64,000 nucleotides of DNA, from positions 25,171,360 through 25,235,359 of the forward strand of contig NC_043019.1 in NCBI RefSeq assembly GCF_006345805.1. The letters run 5' to 3'. Below are positions 63,689 through 64,000 of the stretch, in pieces (position 1 is the first letter of the stretch; every line of letters begins with the position of its first letter). Both the position numbers and the translations under genes were made by a program. The notes below the pieces were generated by a model. It did not search any database, was not told the DNA's origin, and saw only the letters and a program-made list of their open reading frames with translations. The stretch comes from Octopus sinensis (taxonomy: Eukaryota).

Positions 63689-63905
63689 GTCATTTCACTG
63701 TTTTCATTCTATAAGAACACATGAGTGTGTGTGTGTGTGTGTGTTTGTGTAGTCTTTTCAAGTGTGTTTGGAATGTTATTTATATTAAATAATGTGTGGG
63801 TCACCTGAGAACTTTCATCAATGGCCATTGTTGAGCTACAGAAAACTGCTTGGGAATTCCATTAAATCTAAAGTCTGTTTGTCTCTGTGTGTATGTGTGT
63901 GATTG

Positions 63906-63936
<31 letters not shown>

Positions 63937-63960
63937 ATATCTATCTATCTATCTATCTTC

Positions 63961-63992
<32 letters not shown>

Positions 63993-64000
63993 GTAGATGT

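Overview
AT-rich, microsatellite-saturated eukaryotic DNA. The SINE repertoire and the (TA)n/(CA)n/(CAT)n density point to an octopus genome; this is recognition from memory, not a database result. No intact protein-coding gene is visible, and almost all of the ORF track is microsatellite or SINE read-through. The window holds several tRNA-derived SINE families, two decayed DD37D (maT-type) Tc1/mariner elements, mariner, hAT and piggyBac-like MITEs, Helitrons, RTE and Tx1/L1-like LINE 3' fragments, minisatellites and a few candidate micro-exons. The main unexplained signal is a cluster of type I hammerhead ribozyme (HHR) motifs in at least five unrelated small elements. These are: a canonical GUC-cleaving HHR (44618-44716, minus), a G3:C8-swapped variant (3574-3624), a palindromic HHR element (3325-3540), a truncated fragment (943-975) and a four-copy tRNA-headed SINE with a minimal dimer-type HHR (38569-38797, 40779-41189, 63229-63484). 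Several sit in (TA)n-type tracts or inverted configurations, suggesting non-autonomous ribozyme retroelements mobilised by Penelope-like elements. All folding was done by eye, and repeat boundaries are approximate unless a target-site duplication (TSD) is quoted.
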